Of a stretch of DNA of 38,593 nt, positions 7,445-15,964 are shown piece by piece. The notes below the pieces were generated by a model. The model saw only the letters and a list, made by a program, of their open reading frames with translations. It did not search any database and was not told the origin of the DNA. The translations under genes and the position numbers were made by a program. The stretch comes from a virus (Duplodnaviria; Caudoviricetes), in IMG/VR virus record IMGVR_UViG_3300042328_001099, positions 1-38,593 of that record. One strand, given 5' to 3'. How positions within the stretch are numbered: the first letter of the stretch is position 1; each line of letters starts with the position of its first letter.

Positions 7445-7784
7445 AAACCTTTATACTCACTTTCAGTAGGCCTTTCCAAAGTTTACCCTCGGAAAGGTAA
7501 TCAAATAAGGCTGGGCTTAAATCAATAACCCGCTTTCCCTTGCCATCTCGATAGCATCTCGTACAGTGATCTCGAACCCAGGCGAGAGCCTGCTTTCCGT
7601 TCTCCCTGTTAGTAACGACGATGAGGTACGGCTTGTCGTGGAAATTCCTAAAACTTCCGACGGCAACATAAGTGTGCTGCTCGCCAGAACTGTAGTACCC
7701 TCGGTACCAACTTGCAATACCACGATCTCCGTCATCAAAGTCTGCTATTCCTCCTGCGATGATGAGTGCGATTGCCCAAACCAT
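7383..7784 (-). CDS. RlpA-like double-psi beta-barrel protein (lytic transglycosylase/expansin-like)
   Basis: Hydrophobic N-terminus; GIASWY, VTNRENGK, VRDHC and RVIDLSPALF. Confidence 0.8.
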   Translation of the reverse strand: MVWAIALIIAGGIADFDDGDRGIASWYRGYYSSGEQHTYVAVGSFRNFHDKPYLIVVTNRENGKQALAWVRDHCTRCYRDGKGKRVIDLSPALFDYLSEGKLWKGLLKVSIKVYDRYDYMAPNCSARRARPIC

Positions 7785-8098
7785 TGTACAAAATCCTCCA
7801 ACTTCATCGAGATAAGGGAATTCCTTGCCTCTCCAGACCCTTTCGCCGTGACGTGCACGACGGCCCGAAGTTGACCACCCCTCTCTGGAATAGATTGTAG
7901 CAGATCCCAGATTCTGCTGGGGAATACCGTTCCGCTCTTGACCTGCACGCTCATCCAGTCGTCGCGGTCCCCGCCGTCGACCTTGGAACCGAACATGCCC
8001 ACGCGCTTAATGCCCAGTTGCTTGCAGACCCACCGCTCAATGGCATTGCCACGAGATCGGTTAAGCCTGCCGCGTCGCTGGGCTGGAGTCTCAGCCAT
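7745..8098 (-). CDS. Holliday junction resolvase-like PD-(D/E)XK nuclease (Hjc type)
   Basis: RSRGNAIER...VD...SVQVKS, located in the recombination cluster. Confidence 0.7.
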   Translation of the reverse strand: MAETPAQRRGRLNRSRGNAIERWVCKQLGIKRVGMFGSKVDGGDRDDWMSVQVKSGTVFPSRIWDLLQSIPERGGQLRAVVHVTAKGSGEARNSLISMKLEDFVQWFGQSHSSSQEE

Positions 8099-8372
8099 GA
8101 TACTCCCTCAATATTACTGGCGTGGTCTCACCGAACCAGCCGCCAGCAGTATTGAATTCAATGTACTCTTCTGCTTCCATCCAGTGATCCACCTGGCAGG
8201 CTTCGCGCTCCTCACAGAAAGCGCCAAAGTCCTCCGCCAGGCGGTTCACCATCTTCTCATAAGAGTAGATAGCAATTGGTCGGTTGAACTGTGTGCCAAA
8301 CCCAATAAGGGCATGCTCCATGCCGTCAAAGAGCACCGCACCGTCGGCAAACTCTGGGGTTAGAATCCCCAT
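8091..8372 (-). CDS. conserved phage hypothetical protein
   Basis: DGMEHALIG...YSYEKMV...EAEEYIEFNTAGGWFGETTP is a pattern recalled from aquatic phages. Start at ATG 8372. Confidence 0.7.
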   Translation of the reverse strand: MGILTPEFADGAVLFDGMEHALIGFGTQFNRPIAIYSYEKMVNRLAEDFGAFCEEREACQVDHWMEAEEYIEFNTAGGWFGETTPVILREYHG

Positions 8373-8548
8373 TGTGCCGCCTTCACCTTCGCTGCGAAAC
8401 CAGCGGCGGCGAAGTCCTCCGTAGCCATATCCAACTTTGCTTCTGGCGTAATCATAAACATTTCTGCAGCCTCGAGCAACGCTTCTGGCGCCTGCGAGCA
8501 GAACTCGCAAGGGCCAGGATGAGCGTCCTTCATCGTAAGTGACTTCAT
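8360..8548 (-). CDS. hypothetical protein (CEFC)
   Basis: Fills the operon gap. Start is uncertain. Confidence 0.4.
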   Translation of the reverse strand: MKSLTMKDAHPGPCEFCSQAPEALLEAAEMFMITPEAKLDMATEDFAAAGFAAKVKAAQWGF

Positions 8549-8573
8549 TCCAATCCTGCATAGACCGCAGATG

Positions 8574-8966
8574 CTACCCTTGATCGCTTCCGCTGCGCTG
8601 CTGTAGCGCAGAGAAGATGAGAGGGCTTGCTTCGTATGCTCGGAAGTCTGCGTATTGTCGGTTGTTGTACTCACGGCTCTTCCCCCACTTCCCAATCACA
8701 TGCATGTGCGGCCGAGGATCTTTCGCTTCCTTCAGCGCCATTGCCTTCTCGTAAATCTTGTGAGCGTGGGCCTGAAGGGCCTCGCCCCAGAAACTTACCG
8801 TGACTGCGAGATACCTGTCAGGTGCCTCTCCATTCTTGCCACCAGCAATCCAGGCATCGTAAGCCTCAGTCTGCTGAAGCGTCTGAATCTCGAGCACGCT
8901 ACCCTTGGTAGTCTCTTTCAACTCTGGCTTCTTCTTGTCGCCAATCCATACGTCAATCCTATCCAT
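8574..8966 (-). CDS. probable single-stranded DNA-binding protein (OB fold)
   Basis: Immediately after ERF. Beta-rich, with TVSFWG.....A and V.G...REYNNRQY resembling SSB. Confidence 0.5.
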   Translation of the reverse strand: MDRIDVWIGDKKKPELKETTKGSVLEIQTLQQTEAYDAWIAGGKNGEAPDRYLAVTVSFWGEALQAHAHKIYEKAMALKEAKDPRPHMHVIGKWGKSREYNNRQYADFRAYEASPLIFSALQQRSGSDQG

Positions 8967-9490
8967 TAGAAGTCCAACCCTTCCAGGTCATTAGCCTGCT
9001 TCTCGGCAGTCTTATGAGCCTTGCTGTCGTCTGCAAAGATCCGCTTTGCTGCGGCCGCTACCTGATTGTCGGTTGCTGGATCAGCCTCTGGATCATCACC
9101 CGTTGGGATGAGGAACCCAGTGAGCAGCGCGTACTTCAGCGCACCAGTTGCCGCTTTGTATGCCGCCTTGTCTCCAGAGTCAGCGCCAGTTCCAATGGAC
9201 TGGAAGGAGATCGTCTCCCCGCTGTCTCCGTCTGTCAACGTCCAAGTAAAGCGCAACGTAAGGAGCGCCTGCTTGCCGCTTGGCGTTACGCCCTCGCTGA
9301 TCACATCAATCGTTGTCGGCGTCATGGACACGTTGAGTTTGGCCAACTGCTCGCGCACCTTGTCGGCAACTGCCGATGCCTGCACGAACTTGTAGCCCTG
9401 CGCCTGATTGGTGCCGCCCTTTGGGACGTAACCAACTGCTTCCATAACCTTGGCGATCTTACTCGCAAGGCTCTTCTTTGCTTCTGTCAC
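8966..9490 (-). CDS. ERF-family single-strand annealing protein
   Basis: KGGTN..QGYKF, G.DSGDKAAYKAATGALKYAL...F.IPTGDDPE. GTG 9490 is coupled to the upstream stop. Confidence 0.9.
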   Translation of the reverse strand: MTEAKKSLASKIAKVMEAVGYVPKGGTNQAQGYKFVQASAVADKVREQLAKLNVSMTPTTIDVISEGVTPSGKQALLTLRFTWTLTDGDSGETISFQSIGTGADSGDKAAYKAATGALKYALLTGFLIPTGDDPEADPATDNQVAAAAKRIFADDSKAHKTAEKQANDLEGLDF

Positions 9491-10164
9491 TTTGCACCCC
9501 CTAGGCACTTCGTCCTCCAGTTACACCAGCCGCAAGGCCACTTGCGCTTGTCGGCGTCTGGGAATCTCGGAGGAATCCGATCCCCATAAGAGTTTAGCAC
9601 CTTTAGCACGCGCTCTGCACGCCTGCCCCAGCGCTCAACATCTACCTGGAATTCTAACATATCGTAGTTATCCTTGTCCACGTAAATCACCCACGCCTCC
9701 ACGAAGAAAGCGTCCAGCCCAGCCGCCTCGTAATCCTTCTGGAATAGGCGGGCATAGGATGCCACCTGTGTGGCATGCTCTGGCTTCGGGCCGTTCAGTC
9801 GGACGAAACCGCCATGCTTAATACTCTTGAACTCCAGCACGGCAAGGCCATCCTCCAACTGGAGCAGGGCATCAATGTTTCCAGAGAAGTCCTCCTCGTC
9901 GGACACGACTGGGACTTCAAACTGGATGCGGTCTCCGTATGCTTCGGTCAGCGCATCAACAAGGAAGTTGCCGACGGCATTGCCCATAGCGAAGACGCGC
10001 AGGGTGTCGTCGGTAAATGGTTCGCTTGGCGGTACGCCATTGGCAGAATACCAATGCGCCCGAATGCAACCACCGAGAAGGCTGCCCCGCCACTTACGTG
10101 CAGATGGCCTACCAATCTCCGAGCGTTGCCGCAGGACTTGCGAGACCTGATCAACTACATGCAT
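9487..10164 (-). CDS. Cas4-like PD-(D/E)XK exonuclease with Fe-S Cys ligands
   Basis: SLLGGCIR, GNIDAL, LEFKS, QVASY and C-terminal CGWCNWRTKC. Confidence 0.88.
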   Translation of the reverse strand: MHVVDQVSQVLRQRSEIGRPSARKWRGSLLGGCIRAHWYSANGVPPSEPFTDDTLRVFAMGNAVGNFLVDALTEAYGDRIQFEVPVVSDEEDFSGNIDALLQLEDGLAVLEFKSIKHGGFVRLNGPKPEHATQVASYARLFQKDYEAAGLDAFFVEAWVIYVDKDNYDMLEFQVDVERWGRRAERVLKVLNSYGDRIPPRFPDADKRKWPCGWCNWRTKCLGGAK

Positions 10165-10190
10165 AACACCTCCATCACCTCCGAGTTTTT

Positions 10191-10230
10191 GGGCCGCATG
10201 GGGGAGGTGGTACCCATGCGGCCCTTTTTT
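10191..10230 (+). terminator. 12-bp hairpin with T6 tail: intrinsic terminator on +, 5' leader hairpin on -
   Basis: GGGCCGCATGGG-N10-CCCATGCGGCCC-TTTTTT. Confidence 0.75.
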
Positions 10231-10233
10231 GTA

Positions 10234-10262
10234 ATGTTACTCTTTCCCGTCCTCGATGTCAA
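10234..10262 (-). promoter_or_regulatory. sigma70 promoter for the recombination operon
   Basis: On the - strand: TTGACA (10262-10257), 17 nt, TAACAT (10239-10234), embedded in the 3' end of the epimerase gene. Confidence 0.75.
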
Positions 10263-11178
10263 ATAGCACTTTAATTGCCTCAAGCCTGGTCGGCATATCC
10301 TTGTAGGCCGATGCGGAGAATGATAGCAGATTCATCGCCTGCTCGTCGCCAACCTTGATAGGCTGGAGCGGCATGAGATGGTCTACATCAAAGGTTCCAA
10401 TATGGTACGAGCGGTTGTCGGCATCCTTCACCGACTCGTCGAGCACCACTGGGACATTGGCAAACGCCCCAACCTTGCTGGCAATATCAAACACCGTTGT
10501 GTTCTCGCCATTAACATTGTACACCCCGCCGTACTTGTCTGGCTCGGCAACTACCCTAGCAATGGCGTCGGCTGCGTCCGACACGTGGAGCAACGGCCGC
10601 TTGGCATTGCTCAACGGCTTGATGGTTCCGTCCTTGATCGCCTGGATAAAGAACCTATTGACCACGAGGTCGGTCCTGAAGTTGGGGGCAGAACCCCACA
10701 GCGTGGCGAACCGAAGAACCGCAGCGTTTGGCGTGATCATCTGGAGCACTCGCTCGGCCTTCACCTTGGAGTCCGCATACACGGACAACGGATCAATTGG
10801 ATCTGTCTCCACGCAGTTATTCTCTGACCATCCGTACACCGATGCGGACGAAGCGAGCACCTGCTTGGCGCTGCTGAACATGTCCGCAACTTCTGCGACA
10901 AGGTTTACGTTGGTTCGGTACGTAAGAGTTGCGTTCAGTTCCCCCATTGGGTCATTGCTAATCGCTGCCAAATGCACAACGGCCTTTGGCTCCCAGAACG
11001 CACGAGGGATCTGGTCAACCGACGCAACCTGCACGTCGGCAACGCACTCAAACGGGATCTTGGCTGGGAACAGGCCAGGGTCAACACCAAGAACGACGTA
11101 CCCTTCCTTGCGCAACTTGCGGACAACCAGCGGCCCGAGATAGCCAAGGTTGCCAGTAACGATAACTGACTTACTCAT
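10237..11178 (-). CDS. NAD-dependent nucleotide-sugar epimerase/dehydratase (extended SDR)
   Basis: TGNLGYLG, VHLAAISNDP, ASSASVYG, YADSK (YxxxK) and RPLLHVSDAA. Confidence 0.92.
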   Translation of the reverse strand: MSKSVIVTGNLGYLGPLVVRKLRKEGYVVLGVDPGLFPAKIPFECVADVQVASVDQIPRAFWEPKAVVHLAAISNDPMGELNATLTYRTNVNLVAEVADMFSSAKQVLASSASVYGWSENNCVETDPIDPLSVYADSKVKAERVLQMITPNAAVLRFATLWGSAPNFRTDLVVNRFFIQAIKDGTIKPLSNAKRPLLHVSDAADAIARVVAEPDKYGGVYNVNGENTTVFDIASKVGAFANVPVVLDESVKDADNRSYHIGTFDVDHLMPLQPIKVGDEQAMNLLSFSASAYKDMPTRLEAIKVLFDIEDGKE

Positions 11179-12058
11179 CAATGTTACCTTTCAAATGCTT
11201 GGCCACAGCCTCCGCCCAATGCGAAAGTTTAGGTAGCCTATTGTTTTGCAGCGCCGAGAAGTTCGGTCGCAATCTATCTGACTCCTGCTCGGAGTATCTC
11301 ATAGATACCTTTTTCCTGTTTCTGATTGTGCTCCTCGCCCACGTTCCGATGTCAAAGTACGACCCAGAACCCTCGTTGACCAGATGGTAGATGCCATCCA
11401 TCTCTTTGATGTCGACCGAAGCCAGTACGTCCGCTGCCTCTGGCAGGTACGTTGGGCTAATGATCTGGTCAACTGGAAGAAACATATGCTCTTGACTAGA
11501 CGACACAAGGTCGACGAACGATCCACGAAGGGGACTCTTCCACCGTCCAAAGGGCGAAGAGATCCTGACTACTGCGCCACTATTTTTGAGAACGGCAACT
11601 TCTCCTTGCCGCTTGGTGTGGCCATAAATAGAAACAGCCCCGCCAGAGAAGTACTTGGAGTCTGGGTCTTCACCCTCTCCAATCTTCCCTGAAACGGGGC
11701 GTGGATAGTTCGCGCTAAGTTTACCGAACACGTAGTCGGTAGAGATATAAATAACTTTGGTTTGCTCGGAGAGATACGACGGGGCATACGCATTGACGCG
11801 ATGCGCCAACGCTGGATCTTTCTCGCAGGCATTTACATCCCGCAAGGACGACGTGTAAATAATCACGCCGTAGTTCCTAGAGATATCCCTAAGATGCTTT
11901 GACGAAGCGACCTCAACGTTGAAGGTGTTCTCGGTATTGCGGTAGCGCTCTACCTCAACCTTGTCCCCTCGCCCGATGAGTTCGTTCTTGATCTTAAGTT
12001 TGTCCAGCGCAAATGCAATGTGCTGGGCGACTTGGCCGTTGCCAAAGATACCGTACAT
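11171..12058 (-). CDS. rmlD: dTDP-4-dehydrorhamnose reductase family (RmlD-like)
   Basis: GNGQVA, VNACEKDP..A..VN, YISTDYVF, YGHTK..GE, DQIISPTY, GIYHLVNEG and RPNFSAL. Confidence 0.88.
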   Translation of the reverse strand: MYGIFGNGQVAQHIAFALDKLKIKNELIGRGDKVEVERYRNTENTFNVEVASSKHLRDISRNYGVIIYTSSLRDVNACEKDPALAHRVNAYAPSYLSEQTKVIYISTDYVFGKLSANYPRPVSGKIGEGEDPDSKYFSGGAVSIYGHTKRQGEVAVLKNSGAVVRISSPFGRWKSPLRGSFVDLVSSSQEHMFLPVDQIISPTYLPEAADVLASVDIKEMDGIYHLVNEGSGSYFDIGTWARSTIRNRKKVSMRYSEQESDRLRPNFSALQNNRLPKLSHWAEAVAKHLKGNIDE

Positions 12059-12075
12059 ATCTCCCCCCTCTTTCT

Positions 12076-12903
12076 TTATCGGTGAATTGTTGCTACGCCA
12101 GCCTTCAGGTGCCCGAAGATTTCTCGGAGCACAAGAACGTCGGCCTCACAATGCTCGACAATAGTTTCAAACTGCTCGTCGTCACCGTGGTCAGCCTTGT
12201 CCCAGATGCGCGGCGAGAGCATAGTCTTGCCGTTCTTGGCCTCAAAGAAGGCCTCGGCATTTGCCAGGGACTTTCTTCCGATGTTGAACATGCTTCCCTT
12301 GGCCAAATACATCGCGTCGATGTGCATGCGCGGGTAGAGCAACGGAAGTCCATGGAACGCCAGCCGAGCGTTGATGCGCGGGACGTCAAACAACTTTCCG
12401 TTCCAAGAAACTAGGATGTCAAACTTGCTAATAAGTTCCGCATACGCAGCCACTGCCTTGGAGTCATCAATGACTCCGCGTCCTGGATGCGTCTTGGTGG
12501 AAACTGTCTGAACGTTGCCAAACTGGTCGGCTACGCTTCCGCAAAGGAAGCGGCTCCACATGGAGAACGTTGTCTCAATATCAAAGTATCCAATGGTCAG
12601 GCCAATAAACTCTTTGTCGCCTGATACCACTTCTCTCTTTGCTGGAGTCCTAAGTAGCCAAGTATACGGATCTGTATTACTAGATACAGATTCTTTACTC
12701 TTTTGTACAGCAGTCTTTACTACCTTCCGCTTCGCGGCAGAGGGAGTATAGACTTTTGACGAACCCTTGTCAACCCCTGCGTTTGCTCGTGTGAAAAGTT
12801 TCTGTACGCTGTCTTTTGTGGCCTTCCCGCCGATGCGCTGTGCGATCTCTGAGTACGAGAGACCACGCTTTCGCATGATCTCTATGTCCTTGATTACGCT
12901 CAT
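12076..12903 (-). CDS. HTH fused to DEDD 3'-5' exonuclease (RNase_H_2/DnaQ-like)
   Basis: N-terminal GLSYSEIAQRIG HTH; FDIET, SWNGKLFDVP, HID and HCEADV. ATG 12903 is coupled to the upstream stop. Confidence 0.85.
   Translation of the reverse strand: MSVIKDIEIMRKRGLSYSEIAQRIGGKATKDSVQKLFTRANAGVDKGSSKVYTPSAAKRKVVKTAVQKSKESVSSNTDPYTWLLRTPAKREVVSGDKEFIGLTIGYFDIETTFSMWSRFLCGSVADQFGNVQTVSTKTHPGRGVIDDSKAVAAYAELISKFDILVSWNGKLFDVPRINARLAFHGLPLLYPRMHIDAMYLAKGSMFNIGRKSLANAEAFFEAKNGKTMLSPRIWDKADHGDDEQFETIVEHCEADVLVLREIFGHLKAGVATIHR
12745..12773 (-). promoter_or_regulatory. intragenic sigma70 promoter
   Basis: On the - strand: TTGACA (12773-12768), 17 nt, TATACT (12750-12745). Confidence 0.7.
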
Positions 12904-13145
12904 TGCAACCCCTCTATCAGTTTCAGGACGACCGTAACCACGGTACCCGCGATTGAAACCAGTACGCCCACCTTCCATCTTAAGCCTATCTGGCCCTCCG
13001 TGTCAAGGTCCATCCTAACTTTTCTTGCCATCTCCTCTGTGGCTTGGACAACCTCAACCTCCCGAAGGCGATCCTCAACCCTTGTCATTTGTTCACGAAG
13101 GGATTTAATCTCGTTCATGAGGATGCCAAACTGATTGCTGGTCAT
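12900..13145 (-). CDS. coiled-coil protein with C-terminal transmembrane helix (XhlA/holin-like)
   Basis: Heptad-rich N-terminus and hydrophobic VGVLVSIAGTVVTVVL. Lies after the tail genes. Confidence 0.55.
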   Translation of the reverse strand: MTSNQFGILMNEIKSLREQMTRVEDRLREVEVVQATEEMARKVRMDLDTEGQIGLRWKVGVLVSIAGTVVTVVLKLIEGLQ

Positions 13146-15061
13146 GAAAGGAAGGACCCGCTTACGTTGGTTGCGCCCGAGACCGTCTGGATTGCAAAGC
13201 CTGCTGGGAATTGAAGGGAGAAGGCCGACCCCTGAACGAGGTCAATCTCTAGTCGCTCTGAGCCGTTGGATTCTCCGTACCAGCGGACGCCAGAAATCAC
13301 AAAGGCTTCGTCAATATTTACTGCGCCATGTTTTATTGTTACCCTGATAGAGTCGCCCACATCCCAGCCGTTCCACACCTCAATACCGTCCGCAAGCACC
13401 GACAGCACAACCTGCTTGGTGTTATTGGGGTTTGAGTTGGCCAGCATGCGGTCGGCTTCCTTCTGCGCATCGGCCGCAGTGGCAAACCCCTGCTGTGTAA
13501 CAATCATCGGGATTCTGCCATACTGAGCCATGAGTGCGCTGTTGGACGCCGAGGCCGCAGCAATCATGGTTGAGGTCGTGCTGCCAGAAATGGTAGCGTC
13601 GCTGTCCACAATGCTGATGTCGTTCTTGACTTTGGCAAATCCTGGGACGTAGGTATACTGCTTGATGTTTTCTGGGTAGCGCAGGGCACCAGCCGTGATG
13701 AACGCGCTTGATACGCCCGAGGACAACTTGAACGCGCCGCCATAAGAGGCGCTTCCACTTGGCTTGACGATCCTAAAGACCGCCTTACCGCCGTCCGTGC
13801 GGGACCCCATCTCGAGGTCGCAGATGTCGCCAATAAATTCTAGTACGGGCTGGCCGTAACTGTACACCGTGTGGTCCGTTGTGCCGTCGCTTCCATCCAG
13901 CGTAAGTGAGGAATATCTTAACCTTCCATACGCAGTTTCTCCGATAGCATTTAAGAATGTATTTTCCACAAGCGAATACACAGTGTTTGTATCTTGGCCC
14001 ATGGTGAGCGGCCCAGCAGTCCTATTTGTCCTAAAGACATACCACTTTGTTTCGGACGACCGATAAATGCCCCCATAAATTTGGAATGAATATGCAATGC
14101 CCTTGCGAAGTGAATAGGCTGTTATTGCCGACAGCGATTGTGTTCCTGTCGGGATGTCGAGGAGAGCCGCATCTACAGCGGACTGGGCTGCTCCCTGGCC
14201 AACAAGAAGAGATGATAGGCCCTGTCTTGTGGCGTATGGGAATAGGTGGATTTCCCTATTTGTAACTTTAAATCTGTCGGCGCCAGTTGCTGAATCGGCA
14301 TTAACGCTTACCTCGCCAACGATTCCAGACTCTCCAATTGGTGGTATGCCAGCGTCCGCTACTCCAGGAGGGGCCGCGTTGATACGAAGGCGGAACTGAG
14401 GGGTGGCGTCAAAGCCAGTTGTCGAACCGACCCACTGGATGCTATACTTGAGCAGAAGGTAGGGAGAGTCCACAGACGCTGTGTATCCGCTGACCACCAC
14501 CGTCTTTGTGGTGTTGGCCACGGATGACACGGTGAACGCGCTGACGCGGCCGCTGGTTGACGTCACGACGTCGTAGATTGCCGTGCTCGTCACGGTGTAG
14601 GTTGAGCCGTTGATGTCGTCCTTGGCTGTGGTCAGGTCGGAGTAGTTGAAGATTGTGTTGTGGTCAACCGTCGATGCGTTCGGTGTGATCGGGCTATTGT
14701 CAGAAATACTGACGCCCGAAAGCGGGGTAAAGGTTTGGTTAAGAACTGATTTATAATCAACACCAGAATAAATAGTCTCCTGCTCCGTAGCCACGTAGTC
14801 ATTGACCATTCCAGCGCCAACAAATTCCCATCGGCTTCTAGTGTCTGCCCACCTGCTGATTTCGTAGTGACGCTCAAGCGGGACGAACTCCGCAATCTGC
14901 GGGTGGTCGTTGGGTAGCGTCCAATACGCCGAGCCTGTATCGTTTGCGTGTTCTTCGACACCGATGCTTTTGGCATCGTAGACGACCGCCTTTTGGTCTC
15001 CCCTCCATCCGCTTGTGCTGACCGACCAAAGGATGATCCTAAAGGATTGCGTCGTGCTCAA
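13142..15061 (-). CDS. tail tip/hub protein (siphovirus Gp37/Tal-like) with internal insertion
   Basis: N-terminal A.SIG.E...N.TGS...TLP. C-terminal S..QYGR...A...A...L...WDVGDSIRV.I...VISG resembles a Tal/gp27-like hub. Confidence 0.6.
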   Translation of the reverse strand: MSTTQSFRIILWSVSTSGWRGDQKAVVYDAKSIGVEEHANDTGSAYWTLPNDHPQIAEFVPLERHYEISRWADTRSRWEFVGAGMVNDYVATEQETIYSGVDYKSVLNQTFTPLSGVSISDNSPITPNASTVDHNTIFNYSDLTTAKDDINGSTYTVTSTAIYDVVTSTSGRVSAFTVSSVANTTKTVVVSGYTASVDSPYLLLKYSIQWVGSTTGFDATPQFRLRINAAPPGVADAGIPPIGESGIVGEVSVNADSATGADRFKVTNREIHLFPYATRQGLSSLLVGQGAAQSAVDAALLDIPTGTQSLSAITAYSLRKGIAYSFQIYGGIYRSSETKWYVFRTNRTAGPLTMGQDTNTVYSLVENTFLNAIGETAYGRLRYSSLTLDGSDGTTDHTVYSYGQPVLEFIGDICDLEMGSRTDGGKAVFRIVKPSGSASYGGAFKLSSGVSSAFITAGALRYPENIKQYTYVPGFAKVKNDISIVDSDATISGSTTSTMIAAASASNSALMAQYGRIPMIVTQQGFATAADAQKEADRMLANSNPNNTKQVVLSVLADGIEVWNGWDVGDSIRVTIKHGAVNIDEAFVISGVRWYGESNGSERLEIDLVQGSAFSLQFPAGFAIQTVSGATNVSGSFLS

Positions 15062-15963
15062 ATCCAGGCCTCCTGGTATGAATACTCAATGGACGATGGG
15101 AATGCCCCGCCGCCAGAGAACGATAAGGTTACGCTGTTAGAACCGCTTGCAAAGTACGGCAACTTTGTGGTGGCCGACGAAAGCGCCGACATCAGGAGCG
15201 TGCCGTTCGATGTCACAGTTCGTGCCAACGAGTTGATGACTGTTGTCTTTGTGCTTGTACCAATTGTTACTGCCGTTGTCCAAAGCGACGTTGAGATGGT
15301 AAGCGTCGACGCCGTAGTCAAGTTGCTCACAATGGTGAACGTCGGGTAGGCAAAGTAGTTGCCGCTATTGGTCAACGCTGTGGTTGCCGAACCGCTGGTG
15401 AGCGCAATGCTCCCAGTCTTTGCGGTTTGGCAGATTTTTCGTGGGTCCTTGGACATCAGGCCAATCGACGCCCTAGTCGTAAGGCCCCTATCGCTGGTTC
15501 GCGGAGTCACGAGGTCGTTGTTTAGGTTGTAACTTGGAAGAGCCAACGGCCGAACCGACAGGCGCATCGGGATTCCGTTTGTCGTGTACTCCGCAATGCC
15601 AGTCGGCTGACTGAAGTCAAGGTTTCTAAAGCCATCGGCAGTCGCAGCAAAGTCTGGGTAGGGCTGCAAGGCCGCGTTCATCGCGTCGATCTTGTCGTAG
15701 AAGTCGTTGAGGCTAGAGCCGTAGACCTGCACGATCATCTGAGTCTGGCGCTGTGGAAGGGTGGCAATGTCCGTGTCGAGTCCATCTCGCTGCGCCAAAG
15801 GGTCAACGAATCCTGCAATGGATGCGTTGGCGTAGGAGACAGACTCGACAAGGTATCCAGAGAACAGCGTTCCGACTGTCGGTGCCGCCGTGATAGAGTT
15901 TAGGTTGATAAGCGCCGATGTCGAAGTGCCAGTAGCAATGGTGATGGCCTTAGAGAAATCCAT
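15058..15963 (-). CDS. distal tail protein-like (Dit-like)
   Basis: About 300 aa. DG.......L.QR...., L...DP, TNSGNYFAYPTFTI, GSNSVTL and terminal YQEAWI all match the Dit pattern. Confidence 0.6.
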   Translation of the reverse strand: MDFSKAITIATGTSTSALINLNSITAAPTVGTLFSGYLVESVSYANASIAGFVDPLAQRDGLDTDIATLPQRQTQMIVQVYGSSLNDFYDKIDAMNAALQPYPDFAATADGFRNLDFSQPTGIAEYTTNGIPMRLSVRPLALPSYNLNNDLVTPRTSDRGLTTRASIGLMSKDPRKICQTAKTGSIALTSGSATTALTNSGNYFAYPTFTIVSNLTTASTLTISTSLWTTAVTIGTSTKTTVINSLARTVTSNGTLLMSALSSATTKLPYFASGSNSVTLSFSGGGAFPSSIEYSYQEAWI

Positions 15964-15964
15964 A

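Noticed and set aside
9487-10164. Cas4-like gene as part of a CRISPR-Cas system
   Set aside because: No repeat-spacer array or other cas genes. Its context (ERF, SSB-like, resolvase) is a standard phage recombination module.
10355-11143. 262-aa + strand ORF, and similar ones at 9014-9589, 26639-27202, 32192-32695 and 36054-36641
   Set aside because: These are antisense shadows of well-supported - strand genes, with no recognisable motifs.
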